A stretch of 64,000 nucleotides of DNA. Source: an uncultured Planctomycetota bacterium. GTDB lineage: Bacteria > Planctomycetota > PLA2 > JAEUHO01. Each line of letters opens with the position of its first letter. Within the stretch, counting starts at the first letter, position 1. The notes beneath the pieces were generated by a model that was given only the letters and a program-made list of their open reading frames with translations, was not told the origin of the DNA and ran no database searches. The position numbers and the translations under genes were made by a program. Of the stretch, positions 50,221-59,940 are shown piece after piece. The stretch spans positions 444,179 through 508,178 of the forward strand of contig CAVVXN010000003.1 of NCBI GenBank assembly GCA_963752285.1, given 5' to 3'.

Positions 50221-51618
50221 ATGGCCGACGAGTCGAGGATCGAACGGGACTCGATGGGCGAGGTCCGCGTGCCCGCGGCGCGGATGTGGGGCGCGCAAAC
50301 CCAGCGCGCCCTCGAGAACTTCGAGGTCTCGGGCCGGCGCATGCGGCCGCGCTTCCTCCACGCGCTCGCGGCCATCAAGTGGGCGGCGGCGAATGCGAAC
50401 CGTGATCTCGGGCTCCTCGACGCGGAGCGGGCCGAAGCGATCGAGAACGCCGCGGGCGAGGTGATCCGGGGGAAGCACCCCGACGAGTTCCCGATCGACG
50501 TCTTCCAGACGGGATCGGGCACCTCGACGAACATGAACATGAACGAGGTGATCTCGAACCTCGCGAACGTCGCGCTCGGCGGGAAGCCCGGCGACAAGAA
50601 GCCCGTTCACCCGAACGACCACGTGAACCTCGGGCAGTCGTCGAACGACGTGATCCCGACCGCGCTCCACGTTTCGATCGCCCGCGCGGCGCGCGAACGG
50701 CTGATCCCGGCGATGGGCGCGCTCGCCGCGGTGCTGCTCGACAAGGCCGAGGCGTGGGACGACGTGGTGAAGGTCGGCCGGACGCACCTGCAGGACGCGA
50801 CGCCGATCCGGCTCGGCCAGGTCTTCCAGGGCTACGCGGCGCAGGTCGCGCACTCGTGTCAGCGCCTCGCGCTCGCGTACGACGGGCTGTTGGAGGTCGC
50901 GCTCGGCGGCACGGCGGTCGGCACGGGCATCGGGCGTCACCCCCAGTTCCACGTGAAGGCGATCGAGTACCTCTCCGACAAGACGGGCCTTCCGCTTCGT
51001 CCCGCGCGGAACTTCTGCGAGCAGCTCGCGGGCCGCGAGGCGGTGGTCTTCTTCGCCGGGGCGCTCGGCTCGGCCGCGAGCGCGCTCTACAAGATCGCGA
51101 ACGACGTCCGACACCTCGGCTCGGGCCCGCGTTGCGGCATCGGCGAGCTGAAGCTCCCGGCGCTCCAGCCCGGGTCGTCGATCATGCCCGGCAAGGTGAA
51201 CCCGGTGATGAGCGAGAGCCTCATGATGGCCTCGATGCTCGTCCAGGGCTACGTGACGACGGCGAACGCGTGCGGCGCGGCGGGCAACTTCGAGCTCAAC
51301 GTGACGCTGCCGCTCCTCGCCGACACGATGCTCGACGGGATCGAGGTGCTCGCGGGCGCGGTCGAGGGGTTCAACCTGCGCTGCGTTCAGGGCCTCGAGG
51401 CCGACCGCGAGCGGATCGCGCGCTTCGTCGAGCAGAGCCTCATGCTCGCGACCGCGCTCGCGCCGAAGATCGGCTACGACGCCGCGGCCGCGCTCGCGAA
51501 GGAGGCCTACCAGACGGGCCGCACGATCCCCGAGATCGCGAAGGACAAGAAGCTCCTCCCGCCCGCCGAGCTCGAGAAGGCCCTCGACCTCCGCCACATG
51601 ACCGAAGCGGGTCGCTGA
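50221..51618 (+). CDS. fumC: Class II fumarate hydratase
   Basis: RIERDSMGEV, FQTGSGTSTNMN.NEV, HPNDHVN.GQSSND, GRTHLQDATP, PGSSIMPGKVNP. Confidence 0.96.
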   Translation: MADESRIERDSMGEVRVPAARMWGAQTQRALENFEVSGRRMRPRFLHALAAIKWAAANANRDLGLLDAERAEAIENAAGEVIRGKHPDEFPIDVFQTGSGTSTNMNMNEVISNLANVALGGKPGDKKPVHPNDHVNLGQSSNDVIPTALHVSIARAARERLIPAMGALAAVLLDKAEAWDDVVKVGRTHLQDATPIRLGQVFQGYAAQVAHSCQRLALAYDGLLEVALGGTAVGTGIGRHPQFHVKAIEYLSDKTGLPLRPARNFCEQLAGREAVVFFAGALGSAASALYKIANDVRHLGSGPRCGIGELKLPALQPGSSIMPGKVNPVMSESLMMASMLVQGYVTTANACGAAGNFELNVTLPLLADTMLDGIEVLAGAVEGFNLRCVQGLEADRERIARFVEQSLMLATALAPKIGYDAAAALAKEAYQTGRTIPEIAKDKKLLPPAELEKALDLRHMTEAGR

Positions 51619-51653
51619 CCCGACCCCGTCTTTCCCCGCCGCGCCGCTTCGCG

Positions 51654-51705
51654 CATACGGAGCCGGGCTCCGTTCGTACGCGCATCCGGAGCCTGGCTCC
51701 GTATG
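51654..51705. repeat. REP-like inverted doublet, copy 3
   Basis: CATACGGAGCCGGGCTCC, 16-nt spacer, GGAGCCTGGCTCCGTATG between convergent genes. Confidence 0.75.
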
Positions 51706-51762
51706 TCCGTACGCCCGTATGTCTGGTGTCGCGGCGACAGGATGGCCCTGCCTTGGTACGGG

Positions 51763-52083
51763 TCAGTCGCCGCGCTTTCGGACCAGCGTGACGAGGAACG
51801 CGGCGTTCGTGGTGCCGGGGTTGCTCGGGCTCGCCATCTTCGATCCGTCGTAGTACGCGAGGTCGCCGGCGCGGAGCTCGACCTCGCCCTTGCCGGGCGT
51901 GATGCGGACCTCGCCCTCGATGCAGTACACGAAGGCCTCGCGCCGGCGGTGCGTGAACGGCGGGATCGCCTGGCCGGGCATCAGGCAGACGAGCGTCCAG
52001 ATGGCGCGGTCGGTCTCGACGACCTTCTTCGTGACCGGTCCCTCCTCCCGGTACTCGAGGAGCTTCGCGACCGACTGCTGCAT
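51763..52083 (-). CDS. Cupin domain protein
   Basis: GGAGG RBS; L.PGQ.IP..TH...EAFVYCIEGE...LRAGD. Confidence 0.82.
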   Translation of the reverse strand: MQQSVAKLLEYREEGPVTKKVVETDRAIWTLVCLMPGQAIPPFTHRRREAFVYCIEGEVRITPGKGEVELRAGDLAYYDGSKMASPSNPGTTNAAFLVTLVRKRGD

Positions 52084-52103
52084 GGCGCCCTCCGGCGGCG
52101 GGC

Positions 52104-53015
52104 TCAGCGACCCGCGGAGATCCAGTGAAAGAGGAGGGTCAGCGCCGCGAGCACGGCGACCAGGACGATCAGACCGCGCACGCCGGGCGCGCGCGCGTCG
52201 GCCTCGCCCTCGACGTCCGCGAGGGCCGCGGCCTCGTCCGGCTCGACCCGCTCGGCGGGCGGGAGGGCCGAGGCGGGCGGCGGGTCGAACGATCCGGCCG
52301 CGAAGCTCCGGGGCGGGGGTGGAGGGGAAGCCGAAGGCCGCGGGGGAGGCGGGGGAGGCCGGGGAGGCGGGGGAGGCGGCGGCGCCGGAGGCGGCGCGGC
52401 CGATCCCGGCGCCCGGCCGGGCGACGCGAGGTCCACGCTTCGTCCGCGCTCGAGCTCGGCGAGCCTCTTCTCGACGGCCTCCAGGGTCCGGGCGGCGTCG
52501 GCGGCCCCGCGCTGGAGCGCATCGGCGCGGCCCGCCGCCTCGCGACGCAGGGCCTGGAGTGCGGCCTCGAGGTCGCGGAGCCGCTCGCCGGTCTCCTCGG
52601 CGCCGGACGTCCGTTCCTTCGCCTCGCGCTGGGCGGACTCGAGGGCCGAGAGGCGTTCGTCGAGGTCCTCCGCGCGCGACGCCACGGCGTCGATCCGCGC
52701 GGCGGGCGCGCTGGCCTCGTCCACGCGGCGCCCGACGCTCTCCAGCATCGTCTCGTGGCGTTCGAGGCGGGGGGCGAGGGCCTCGGTCCGCTCCTCGATC
52801 GTCGAGAGACGGTCGGCGAGGGTCTCCTTCACCTCGTCGAGCTGCTGCTGGGCCTCCTCGATCCGCTGGCGTTGGTCGCTCGCGTCGGCCTTCCTCGCCT
52901 TCTCGAGTCGGTCGGTCCGGTCCTGCAGGTCCGCGTGCATCTTCGACAGGCGGAGGTGCAGGACGAGCAGGATGGCCACGGCCGCCGCGGCCGCGAGGAG
53001 TACCACGTTGATCAT
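52104..53015 (-). CDS. Coiled-coil membrane protein with TM helices at both termini and a poly-Pro linker
   Basis: GGAGG RBS; N-terminal TM, heptad-rich region, PPPPPPPRPPPPPP, C-terminal TM. Confidence 0.78.
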   Translation of the reverse strand: MINVVLLAAAAAVAILLVLHLRLSKMHADLQDRTDRLEKARKADASDQRQRIEEAQQQLDEVKETLADRLSTIEERTEALAPRLERHETMLESVGRRVDEASAPAARIDAVASRAEDLDERLSALESAQREAKERTSGAEETGERLRDLEAALQALRREAAGRADALQRGAADAARTLEAVEKRLAELERGRSVDLASPGRAPGSAAPPPAPPPPPPPRPPPPPPRPSASPPPPPRSFAAGSFDPPPASALPPAERVEPDEAAALADVEGEADARAPGVRGLIVLVAVLAALTLLFHWISAGR

Positions 53016-53165
53016 GGCCTCCGACGATACCGCGGCTTGGCGTGGGCGAGAACGCGGCGGGTCCGGAGGCCCGGCACGGGCCCGGCGCGGCGAGCGCCTG
53101 CCCGTATCGGTTCCCTTCCCCTGCCGGTTCCCGCGCCCGTTCCCGTGGGCGGGGCCGAGGTCCGC

Positions 53166-53543
53166 CTACGCCGACTCCGACAGGGCGCTCTCGACGGCGC
53201 GGACGATCTCCGCGGGGCGGTACGGCTTGGCCAGGAAGGGCGCGCGGCGGGGGCCCCGGAGCGTCGGGGGCGCGAACGAGCGGTCCGCCGAGACGAAGAG
53301 CACGGGGACGTGCGGCTGGCGGCGGGCGAAGCTCTGGGCGAGGGTCGGCCCGTCCATGCCCGGCATCCCGACGTCGGTGAGGAGGAGGTCCAGATGGCCG
53401 CAGTGGCGGGCGACCTCGAGGGCCTCGGGCCCGTCGCTCGCTTCGAAGACCTGGTGTCCGGCGGCCTCGAGCGCGAGGCGCGTCACGCGCCGCACGTCCG
53501 GGAGGTCGTCCACGAGGAGGATCGTGGCGCCGTGGTGCTCCAT
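53166..53543 (-). CDS. Single-domain response regulator
   Basis: ILLVDD, LLLTDVGMPGMDG, FVSA, LAKPY; alternative start 53630 overlaps the kinase stop. Confidence 0.88.
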   Translation of the reverse strand: MEHHGATILLVDDLPDVRRVTRLALEAAGHQVFEASDGPEALEVARHCGHLDLLLTDVGMPGMDGPTLAQSFARRQPHVPVLFVSADRSFAPPTLRGPRRAPFLAKPYRPAEIVRAVESALSESA

Positions 53544-53626
53544 GGGGGTCGGCTCCAGAGGCTCGGTTCCCTCTTCCAAGCGTCGGAGGGGGCCCGGAGC
53601 GGACGGTGTACGGCGGTTCATCAGCA

Positions 53627-55168
53627 TCACGCGGCCCCCGTAGCAAGGACCGCGCCGACCTTCGTGGCGAGGTCGCGGGGGGTGAAGGGCTTGGCGATGA
53701 ACGAGACGAGCCGGCCCTCGGAGCCGCGGGGCAGCACGTCGCGGGCGTAGGCCGACATGAAGAGGACCGGCAGCGCGGGGTGGCTCGCGCCGACCTTCTC
53801 GGCGAGCTCGGGCCCGTTCATGCCGGGCATGAGGACGTCGGTCAGGAGGAGGTCGACACCTTCGCCGCCTCCGTTCGAGAGGAGCCCGAGGGCCTCCGGA
53901 CCGCTCGCGGCGACCATGACGCGATAGCCGGCGTCCTCGAGGGCGTCCTTCACGATGTCGCGGACGGCGGCGAGGTCGTCCACCACGAGCACGGTCCGGG
54001 AGGCGCCGGGGGCCGACGGGGCCCGACTCGGCGACCGGCCTTCCGGGCTCTCCGAGCGGGCGTGCTTGTCGAGGCGGGGGAAGTGGAGGCGGACCGTGGT
54101 GCCGTGGCCCACCTGGCTCCGGACCGTGACCCCGCCGCCGAGCTGGCGGCAGAGGGCGTAGACGGTCGCGAGGCCGAGGCCCCGGCCCCGCTCCCGGCCC
54201 GTGCGGAGGAACGGCTCGAAGAGGCGGGCGCGGAGCGCGTCGTCCACGCCACGGCCCGTGTCCTCGACCTCGATCGTCACGTAGCGGCCGGGCGGGAGAT
54301 CGGGAAGCGACTCGGGCGCGGTCACGAGACGCGTGCCGGTGCGGACCATCACGCGTCCCTCGCCCGAGATCGCCTCCCCGGCGTTCTCGACGAGGACCTT
54401 CAGCGCGTGGCGGAGCGCGTCGCGGCTGAGCTCGGCCTGGCCGTCGGCGTTCTCGGTCTCGACCTCGAGTCGAACGCCGGCCGGCAGGAGCGAGACGAGG
54501 CCCGGCGCGAGCGAGGAGACGAGCGGCGCCACCTCGAACGGCTCGACCTCGTCGGGGCGGCCGCGACCGAGCGCGTGGATCGCCTCGAGGTAGTCGCGGG
54601 CGCGCTCGGTGGCGTCGAGGGTCTGCTCGAGCATCTGCCGCGCGCGCTGCGGGTCGGAGTCGATGCGGCCCATCGCGAGCTCGCAGTAGCCGCCGACCGC
54701 CATCAGGTGGTTCTTGAGGTCGTGCGCGACCTTCGCGGAGTAGCGGCCGAGGAGGTCCATCGAGCTCGCGCGGCGGGCGTGCTCGGCCGTAGCGGACTCG
54801 GGCGCGAGCTCGCGGACGGCCACCACCAGGTCCACCTCGCCGCCACCGTTCCGCGCGAGGACGACCTCGAGGCCGATGCGCGTGCCGTCGCGCCGGCGGC
54901 CGCCCACGCGCCCGAGGCGCGGCGGCGAGCCGCGCGGGGGCGCGTCGAGTCCGGCCCGGGCGGCGGGGATCAGATCGGTAAGCGGGTGACCGGTCACGTC
55001 CTCGGCCTTCCAGCCGAAGATCTCCGCGGCGGCCTCGTCCATGCCGGCGATCCGGCCCTTCGCGTCCACGGCGACGACGCCGTGAGGCCCCGTCTCGAAG
55101 AGGGCAAGGGCCTCGCGCGGCTCCAACGGCTTGTCGGGCCTCTGCCCATGGGCCTCGCTCATCACCAC
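53627..55168 (-). CDS. PAS-containing hybrid histidine kinase (CckA-like architecture)
   Basis: PAS-like N-terminus; AHDLKNHL H-box; DTGRG, LFEPF, GRGLGL; C-terminal receiver. Confidence 0.92.
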   Translation of the reverse strand: MVMSEAHGQRPDKPLEPREALALFETGPHGVVAVDAKGRIAGMDEAAAEIFGWKAEDVTGHPLTDLIPAARAGLDAPPRGSPPRLGRVGGRRRDGTRIGLEVVLARNGGGEVDLVVAVRELAPESATAEHARRASSMDLLGRYSAKVAHDLKNHLMAVGGYCELAMGRIDSDPQRARQMLEQTLDATERARDYLEAIHALGRGRPDEVEPFEVAPLVSSLAPGLVSLLPAGVRLEVETENADGQAELSRDALRHALKVLVENAGEAISGEGRVMVRTGTRLVTAPESLPDLPPGRYVTIEVEDTGRGVDDALRARLFEPFLRTGRERGRGLGLATVYALCRQLGGGVTVRSQVGHGTTVRLHFPRLDKHARSESPEGRSPSRAPSAPGASRTVLVVDDLAAVRDIVKDALEDAGYRVMVAASGPEALGLLSNGGGEGVDLLLTDVLMPGMNGPELAEKVGASHPALPVLFMSAYARDVLPRGSEGRLVSFIAKPFTPRDLATKVGAVLATGAA

Positions 55169-55490
55169 GTCCCTGCTTCCCGTTCCACGGGGGGCGAAAC
55201 CCCTCCGAGCCCGAGATTCTGACCCTCTATCGGATCACGCGTCCACGTTCATTCCCCGGTGGCCAACAGACCGGAAACGATGCCAAGCCACGCTGGGTAT
55301 CGCGCGGGCGGCGCATGAGGGATACGTGAGGACGGCTCGGCCACCCGCCCTCTAACCCCCCGGACCCGCCAGGGGATCGGCCGGCGGGCCCCCCTTGACA
55401 CGGAGTCGCGGGCCGGGTACCTAAACATTCCCTTCATGACGCTGGATCTGGCTGGCGGGGCGCCCTCGGGGCGACCCCGGGAGGACGACG

Positions 55491-56323
55491 ATGCGCACGG
55501 CTCTTCGGACCGCGGGAGCGCTGGCCCTCGCGCTGGCCATCTGGGTCGCGTGGACCCCCGGCGCCCGTGCGGACTCGATCACGCGGGGGAGACCTGTACG
55601 GCGTGTTCGTTCAGAGTCCGAACGGGTTCGGCAACGCCAGGCGGGAGTACGACTCCTCGGCGACGTACACGTCGTCCACTACATGGACTTTGCCGCGGGC
55701 ACCTCCGCGTTCCCGGACGCGCTGGCGCCGGACGCCTGGTACTCGTTCAACATCAACAGCGACCCCTCCTCGCCCGCGATCGTGCCCGGCTCCTATTTCT
55801 TCCTGATCGGGAGCATCCAGGGCCCCACGAACCACCTGCTGCTCAGCGTGCCGGGCTACGACCAGGGCGAATTGCCGCCCGCTTTCGCCGATCGAACGCT
55901 CCACGACACGCTTGTAGCGGGGACCCATCAGCCTCGCCGGCGGCGCCCCTCTCGCCATCATGCAGGCCTCGGAGTTCTGGTCGAACTACGGCGACTCGGA
56001 TGGTGACACGAGCGTCGCCGATGCCTTCTTCGGCATGTCGAGCAATGGCACAGGCCCGAACCCGGTGAGCCGGCTCGATCCGGATCACCTGTTGTTCTCG
56101 GACATGGGCTCGGAAGATCTCTTCGGGTATGTGGTGGACGAGGGCGACAACGGAACGTCCGTGGGCACCCTGACCGGCCCGGTGACAAGCCCCGACTTCA
56201 CGGATCCGCAACGGCGAGACGTTCCCGAACCCCGTTCCCGAACCGGCCTCGCTCGCGCTCCTCGCGATGGGTCTCGGCGGCCTCGGGCTCGGCGCGCGCC
56301 GGCGGCGTCGCCGCGCGGCCTGA
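55491..56323 (+). pseudogene. PEP-CTERM sorting-domain protein disrupted by about 4 indels (pseudogene or sequencing errors)
   Basis: GGAGG RBS; signal peptide ARA|D; coding frame switches near 55585, 55670, 55926 and 56203; C-terminus VPEPASLALLAMGLGGLGLGARRRRRRAA* at 56234-56323. Confidence 0.8.
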
Positions 56324-56326
56324 GCC

Positions 56327-59300
56327 TCAGGCGCCGGGCTCCTTCTCGGCCGCGTCCTCGGCCGCGGCCTCGGCCGCGTTCTCGGCCGGGAGCCCCGCCC
56401 GCTCCATCGCGTCGCGCACCTCCGAGCGACGGCGCTCCTGCCCGAGTCCCTCCGCGAGGCGCATCGCGCGGCCGAAGCCCACGCGGGACTCGTCGAGACG
56501 CCCCTGCCGGGCCCGCGTGGCCGCGAGGCGCGTCTCCATGTCGAGCTGGACGGGCCTCGAGCCCGAGCGCTCCGCGAGCGCCACGCCCTCGACGAGGGCG
56601 TTCTCGGCCCCGGAGAGGTCGCCCGAGAGCGTGAAGGCGTCGGCCTGGGCCGAGAGCGCGTCGAGGATCCCCGAGAGCGTCTCGGCGGCCCGGAAGATCG
56701 CCAGGGCGCGGGCGAGGGTCTCCTCGGCCTCCCGGGTGCGCCCCAGGCGGGCGTACGCGCGACCGAGGTTGCACGTGGGATGGCCCTCGGCCGTGAGGCT
56801 CCCGATCTCGCGCGCGATCTCGATGGCCTCGCGGAAGCGCGTCGTGGCCTCCTCGGTGCGCTCGGCCGTCACGAGCGAGTTCCCGACGTTGTTCAGCATC
56901 GCGCACTCGGCGCGCCGGTCGCCGAGCTCCCGGAAGATCGCGAGCGCCGACTCCTTGGCCTCGAGCGCGCCGTCGGGCTCTCCGATCTCGGGCATCACGG
57001 CCGCGAGCGAGGCGAGGCTCCGCCCCTCGCCGTTCCGGTCGCCGATCTCGCGCCGGATCTCGAGCGCCTCGCGCCAGCGGGCGGCGCAGGCCTCGAACGC
57101 GCCCCGGTGGCGCTCGACGGCGCCGAGCGTGTGGAGCGCGTTCGCCTCCCACTCGCGGCTCTTCGCGCGCCGCGCGAGGTCGAGCGCGGCCGAGGCCTTC
57201 TCGAAGGCGCCCTCGGCGTCGCCGGTCCGCCAGCGCGTCACGCCGTCGAGGCAGAGCACCTGCGCCATCTGTCCGTCGTCGGCGTTCTCCGTCGCGAGCG
57301 CCTCGGCCGAGGCGAGGGCCGCCACCTGGTCCGCGCGGCGGCCGAGCGCGCCGTAGCAGTCCCACTCGAGTCGGTAGACCTCGAAGAGCGCCTTCGGGTC
57401 GGCGTCGCCGAGGGCCCCGGCGACCTGCTCGAGGAAGCGGCTCGCGTGGGTCGCGTGGTAGGTCGCGACCGCGTGGCGGCTCGCGAGGACCGCGAGGGGC
57501 GCGACCTCGTCCTTGCGGTCGGCCTGGAGGAGATGTCGGACCACCTCGTGGGCCACGGCGCCGGGGAGCGGGTCCTCGCCCTCGTGAAGCGAGAGGATCG
57601 TGTCGGCGGCGAGCGCGTGGTACTCGACGCGGAGGTCGTCGGGGATCGCGCGGTAGAGGACCTCGCTCGTCTGGCGCTTCTGGAAGCGGAAGGCGTTCTT
57701 CCCCGAGCCCTGGATCAGCCGGTGGCGACGCTCGAGCACCGCGAGGCGCTTCAAGACGGCGATGCGCTTCTCCTCGAGCATCGCGGCCAGCGTCGAGGCG
57801 TCGAACTGGTGGCCGAGGACGGCCGCGGCGTCGAGCGTCTCGCGAAGCTCCTCGTCGAGGCTCGCGAGATGGACGTGGACGAGCTCGGAGACCTTCCCCG
57901 GGAGCTCGAAGCGCGTCGCGGCGCTCGTGAGGAGGAGCCCCCCCGCGTCCTCGACGAGCGCGCCCCCCTCGCGGAGCTGCGAGAGGACCTCGAGGATCAG
58001 GAGGGGGTTCCCGTCGGTCCGGCGGTAGAGGAGGTCGCCGAGCGCGTGGACGGTCCTCGGGTGCCGGACCACCGCCCGGATCAGCTCGTCGGACGCGGCG
58101 CGCGAGAGGGCGCCGAGCGAGAGCGCCTCCGCGCCCTTCTCGCCCGTCGTCTGGACGATCTGCGCGAGGGCCGACCCCTCGGCGACCTGGTCCTCGTCGA
58201 AGACCCCGACGACGAGCGCGCGACGACCCTCGATGCTCCGCGCGAGGTACCCGAGGGCCGCGAGGCTGTCGCCGTCGGCGAGGTGGAGGTCCTCGATCAC
58301 CACCACGACGGGGCGCTTGTCGGAGAGGCGCCTCAGGACCGCGTCGAAGGAGGCGAGGATCGCGTCCTTCCCGAGCGGCTCCCCCGCCCCGTGGACGCCG
58401 ACCAGGAGGTCGCGGAGGGGGAGCACCACGCCCGGTCGGTCCGGGAGGAGGCCCGCGAGCCGCTCGGCCAGGCGTTCGCGTTCGGGCGAAGCGTCGGGGT
58501 CGCCGAGCTCCAAGAGGTCCGAGAAGGCCTCGAGGAACGGCTCGTACGCCCGGCCCCCCAGGCCCGTCGCCCGGCCGGCCCCGACGCGCGGGCCGTCCGG
58601 CGCCGTCCGTCGTTCGAGGAAGTCGTAGACGAGGCGCGACTTGCCCGAGCCCGACGGGCCCTTCACGAAGAGGAGGCTCCCGCGGCCCGCGCCGGCCTCC
58701 TCGAGCGCCGTCTCGAGGCGCCCGAGCTCGGCGACGCGGCCCACCAGGGGCGCCTCGCGCTCGAGGCGGAGCCGGGCCAGCGCGCGCTCCGCCTGCGCGT
58801 GGCGCGCGGCGACGGCCCGCGCCTGCCACCAGGCGCTCTTCGTGCCGTCGCGGATCACCTCGCGGAGCGCCTCGGCCGACGGGAACCGCTCCCCCGGCTC
58901 GCGGGCGAGGCACGTGGAGATCACCTCGTCGAGGAAGGGATCGACCTCCGCGCGGACCTGGCGGGGCCGATCGACCACGGCCCGGGCCTTCAGCGCCAGG
59001 AGCGCCGGGAGGTTCGGCGCGTCGAAGGGACGCGTGCCCGTCGCGAGCTCGTAGAGGACGAGGCCCAGGCTGTAGATGTCGCAGGTCGGCCCGATCTCGG
59101 CGTCCAGGTCGAGCTGCTCGGGCGCGGCGTACTGGAGCGAGCCCACGAACTCGCCCTGCTCGGTCATGGTGTTGCCGTGGTCGAGCAGACGTGCGACGCC
59201 GAGGTCCATGATCACGACCTTCTGCGTGGTCGTGATGACGACGTTCTGGGGCTTCACGTCCCGGTGGATCGCGCCGTGGTCGTGGATGGCCTGGAGACCC

Positions 59301-59689
59301 TGGAGGGCCTGGTCGGCGATCTGGTAGACGAGCTGGTCGGGGACGACCCCGAGCTCGCGGCGGAGCCCTTCGAGCGTCTGGCCCTCGATCAGCTCCATGA
59401 CCATGTAGTGGAGCTCCTCGCCGTCGAGGTGCGCCGTGCCGGCGTCGTAGACGCGCGAGACGTTCGGGTGCTGGATGCGCCGCCCGATGTCGATCTCGCG
59501 GCGGAAGCGCTCGAAGACCCCCCGCTCCACGGCCATGTGCGGATGGAGCACCTTGACCGCGACGACGCTCCCCGCGGGGCCCGCGGGGGTCTCGGCGGCC
59601 GTCGCCGCCCGGTAGACCGTCCCCATGCCGCCGCGTCCGAGCTCGGCGACGAAGGCGTATCCGTCGATGGTCTTCCCGACGAGGTTCAC
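56327..59689 (-). CDS. Ser/Thr protein kinase - AAA/STAND ATPase - TPR fusion
   Basis: LGRGGMG.VY, VAVK, HRDVKPQN, DLG, YAAPE; LVGR..EL, GPSGSGKS, VIEDLH, GNPL; C-terminal TPRs. Confidence 0.93.
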   Translation of the reverse strand: MNLVGKTIDGYAFVAELGRGGMGTVYRAATAAETPAGPAGSVVAVKVLHPHMAVERGVFERFRREIDIGRRIQHPNVSRVYDAGTAHLDGEELHYMVMELIEGQTLEGLRRELGVVPDQLVYQIADQALQGLQAIHDHGAIHRDVKPQNVVITTTQKVVIMDLGVARLLDHGNTMTEQGEFVGSLQYAAPEQLDLDAEIGPTCDIYSLGLVLYELATGTRPFDAPNLPALLALKARAVVDRPRQVRAEVDPFLDEVISTCLAREPGERFPSAEALREVIRDGTKSAWWQARAVAARHAQAERALARLRLEREAPLVGRVAELGRLETALEEAGAGRGSLLFVKGPSGSGKSRLVYDFLERRTAPDGPRVGAGRATGLGGRAYEPFLEAFSDLLELGDPDASPERERLAERLAGLLPDRPGVVLPLRDLLVGVHGAGEPLGKDAILASFDAVLRRLSDKRPVVVVIEDLHLADGDSLAALGYLARSIEGRRALVVGVFDEDQVAEGSALAQIVQTTGEKGAEALSLGALSRAASDELIRAVVRHPRTVHALGDLLYRRTDGNPLLILEVLSQLREGGALVEDAGGLLLTSAATRFELPGKVSELVHVHLASLDEELRETLDAAAVLGHQFDASTLAAMLEEKRIAVLKRLAVLERRHRLIQGSGKNAFRFQKRQTSEVLYRAIPDDLRVEYHALAADTILSLHEGEDPLPGAVAHEVVRHLLQADRKDEVAPLAVLASRHAVATYHATHASRFLEQVAGALGDADPKALFEVYRLEWDCYGALGRRADQVAALASAEALATENADDGQMAQVLCLDGVTRWRTGDAEGAFEKASAALDLARRAKSREWEANALHTLGAVERHRGAFEACAARWREALEIRREIGDRNGEGRSLASLAAVMPEIGEPDGALEAKESALAIFRELGDRRAECAMLNNVGNSLVTAERTEEATTRFREAIEIAREIGSLTAEGHPTCNLGRAYARLGRTREAEETLARALAIFRAAETLSGILDALSAQADAFTLSGDLSGAENALVEGVALAERSGSRPVQLDMETRLAATRARQGRLDESRVGFGRAMRLAEGLGQERRRSEVRDAMERAGLPAENAAEAAAEDAAEKEPGA

Positions 59690-59823
59690 GCGTCCACCCG
59701 CGGGGCGGCCATCCCGTCCACCCGCAGGGCGGTCATCCTACGGGCGGCGGGCTGGATGTCGGACGCCGTGCGCGCGGTCCCTTCGCTCCGCCCCGAGGCG
59801 TCGTCCCCGCGCAGGACGGCGGC

Positions 59824-59860
59824 AACGAAATGGGCCCCGGGTCGCGAGGACCCGGGGCCC
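59824..59860 (-). terminator. Probable intrinsic terminator
   Basis: 12-bp perfect stem GGGCCCCGGGTC/GACCCGGGGCCC, then ATTTCGTT on the minus strand. Confidence 0.6.
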
Positions 59861-59940
59861 GCGGGGGCTTTGGTAGACGGAGAGCGCCCCGCGCCCGCCC
59901 CGCGCGCACCGGCCGAGGGGCGGGCGTCGAACGGCTCCGA

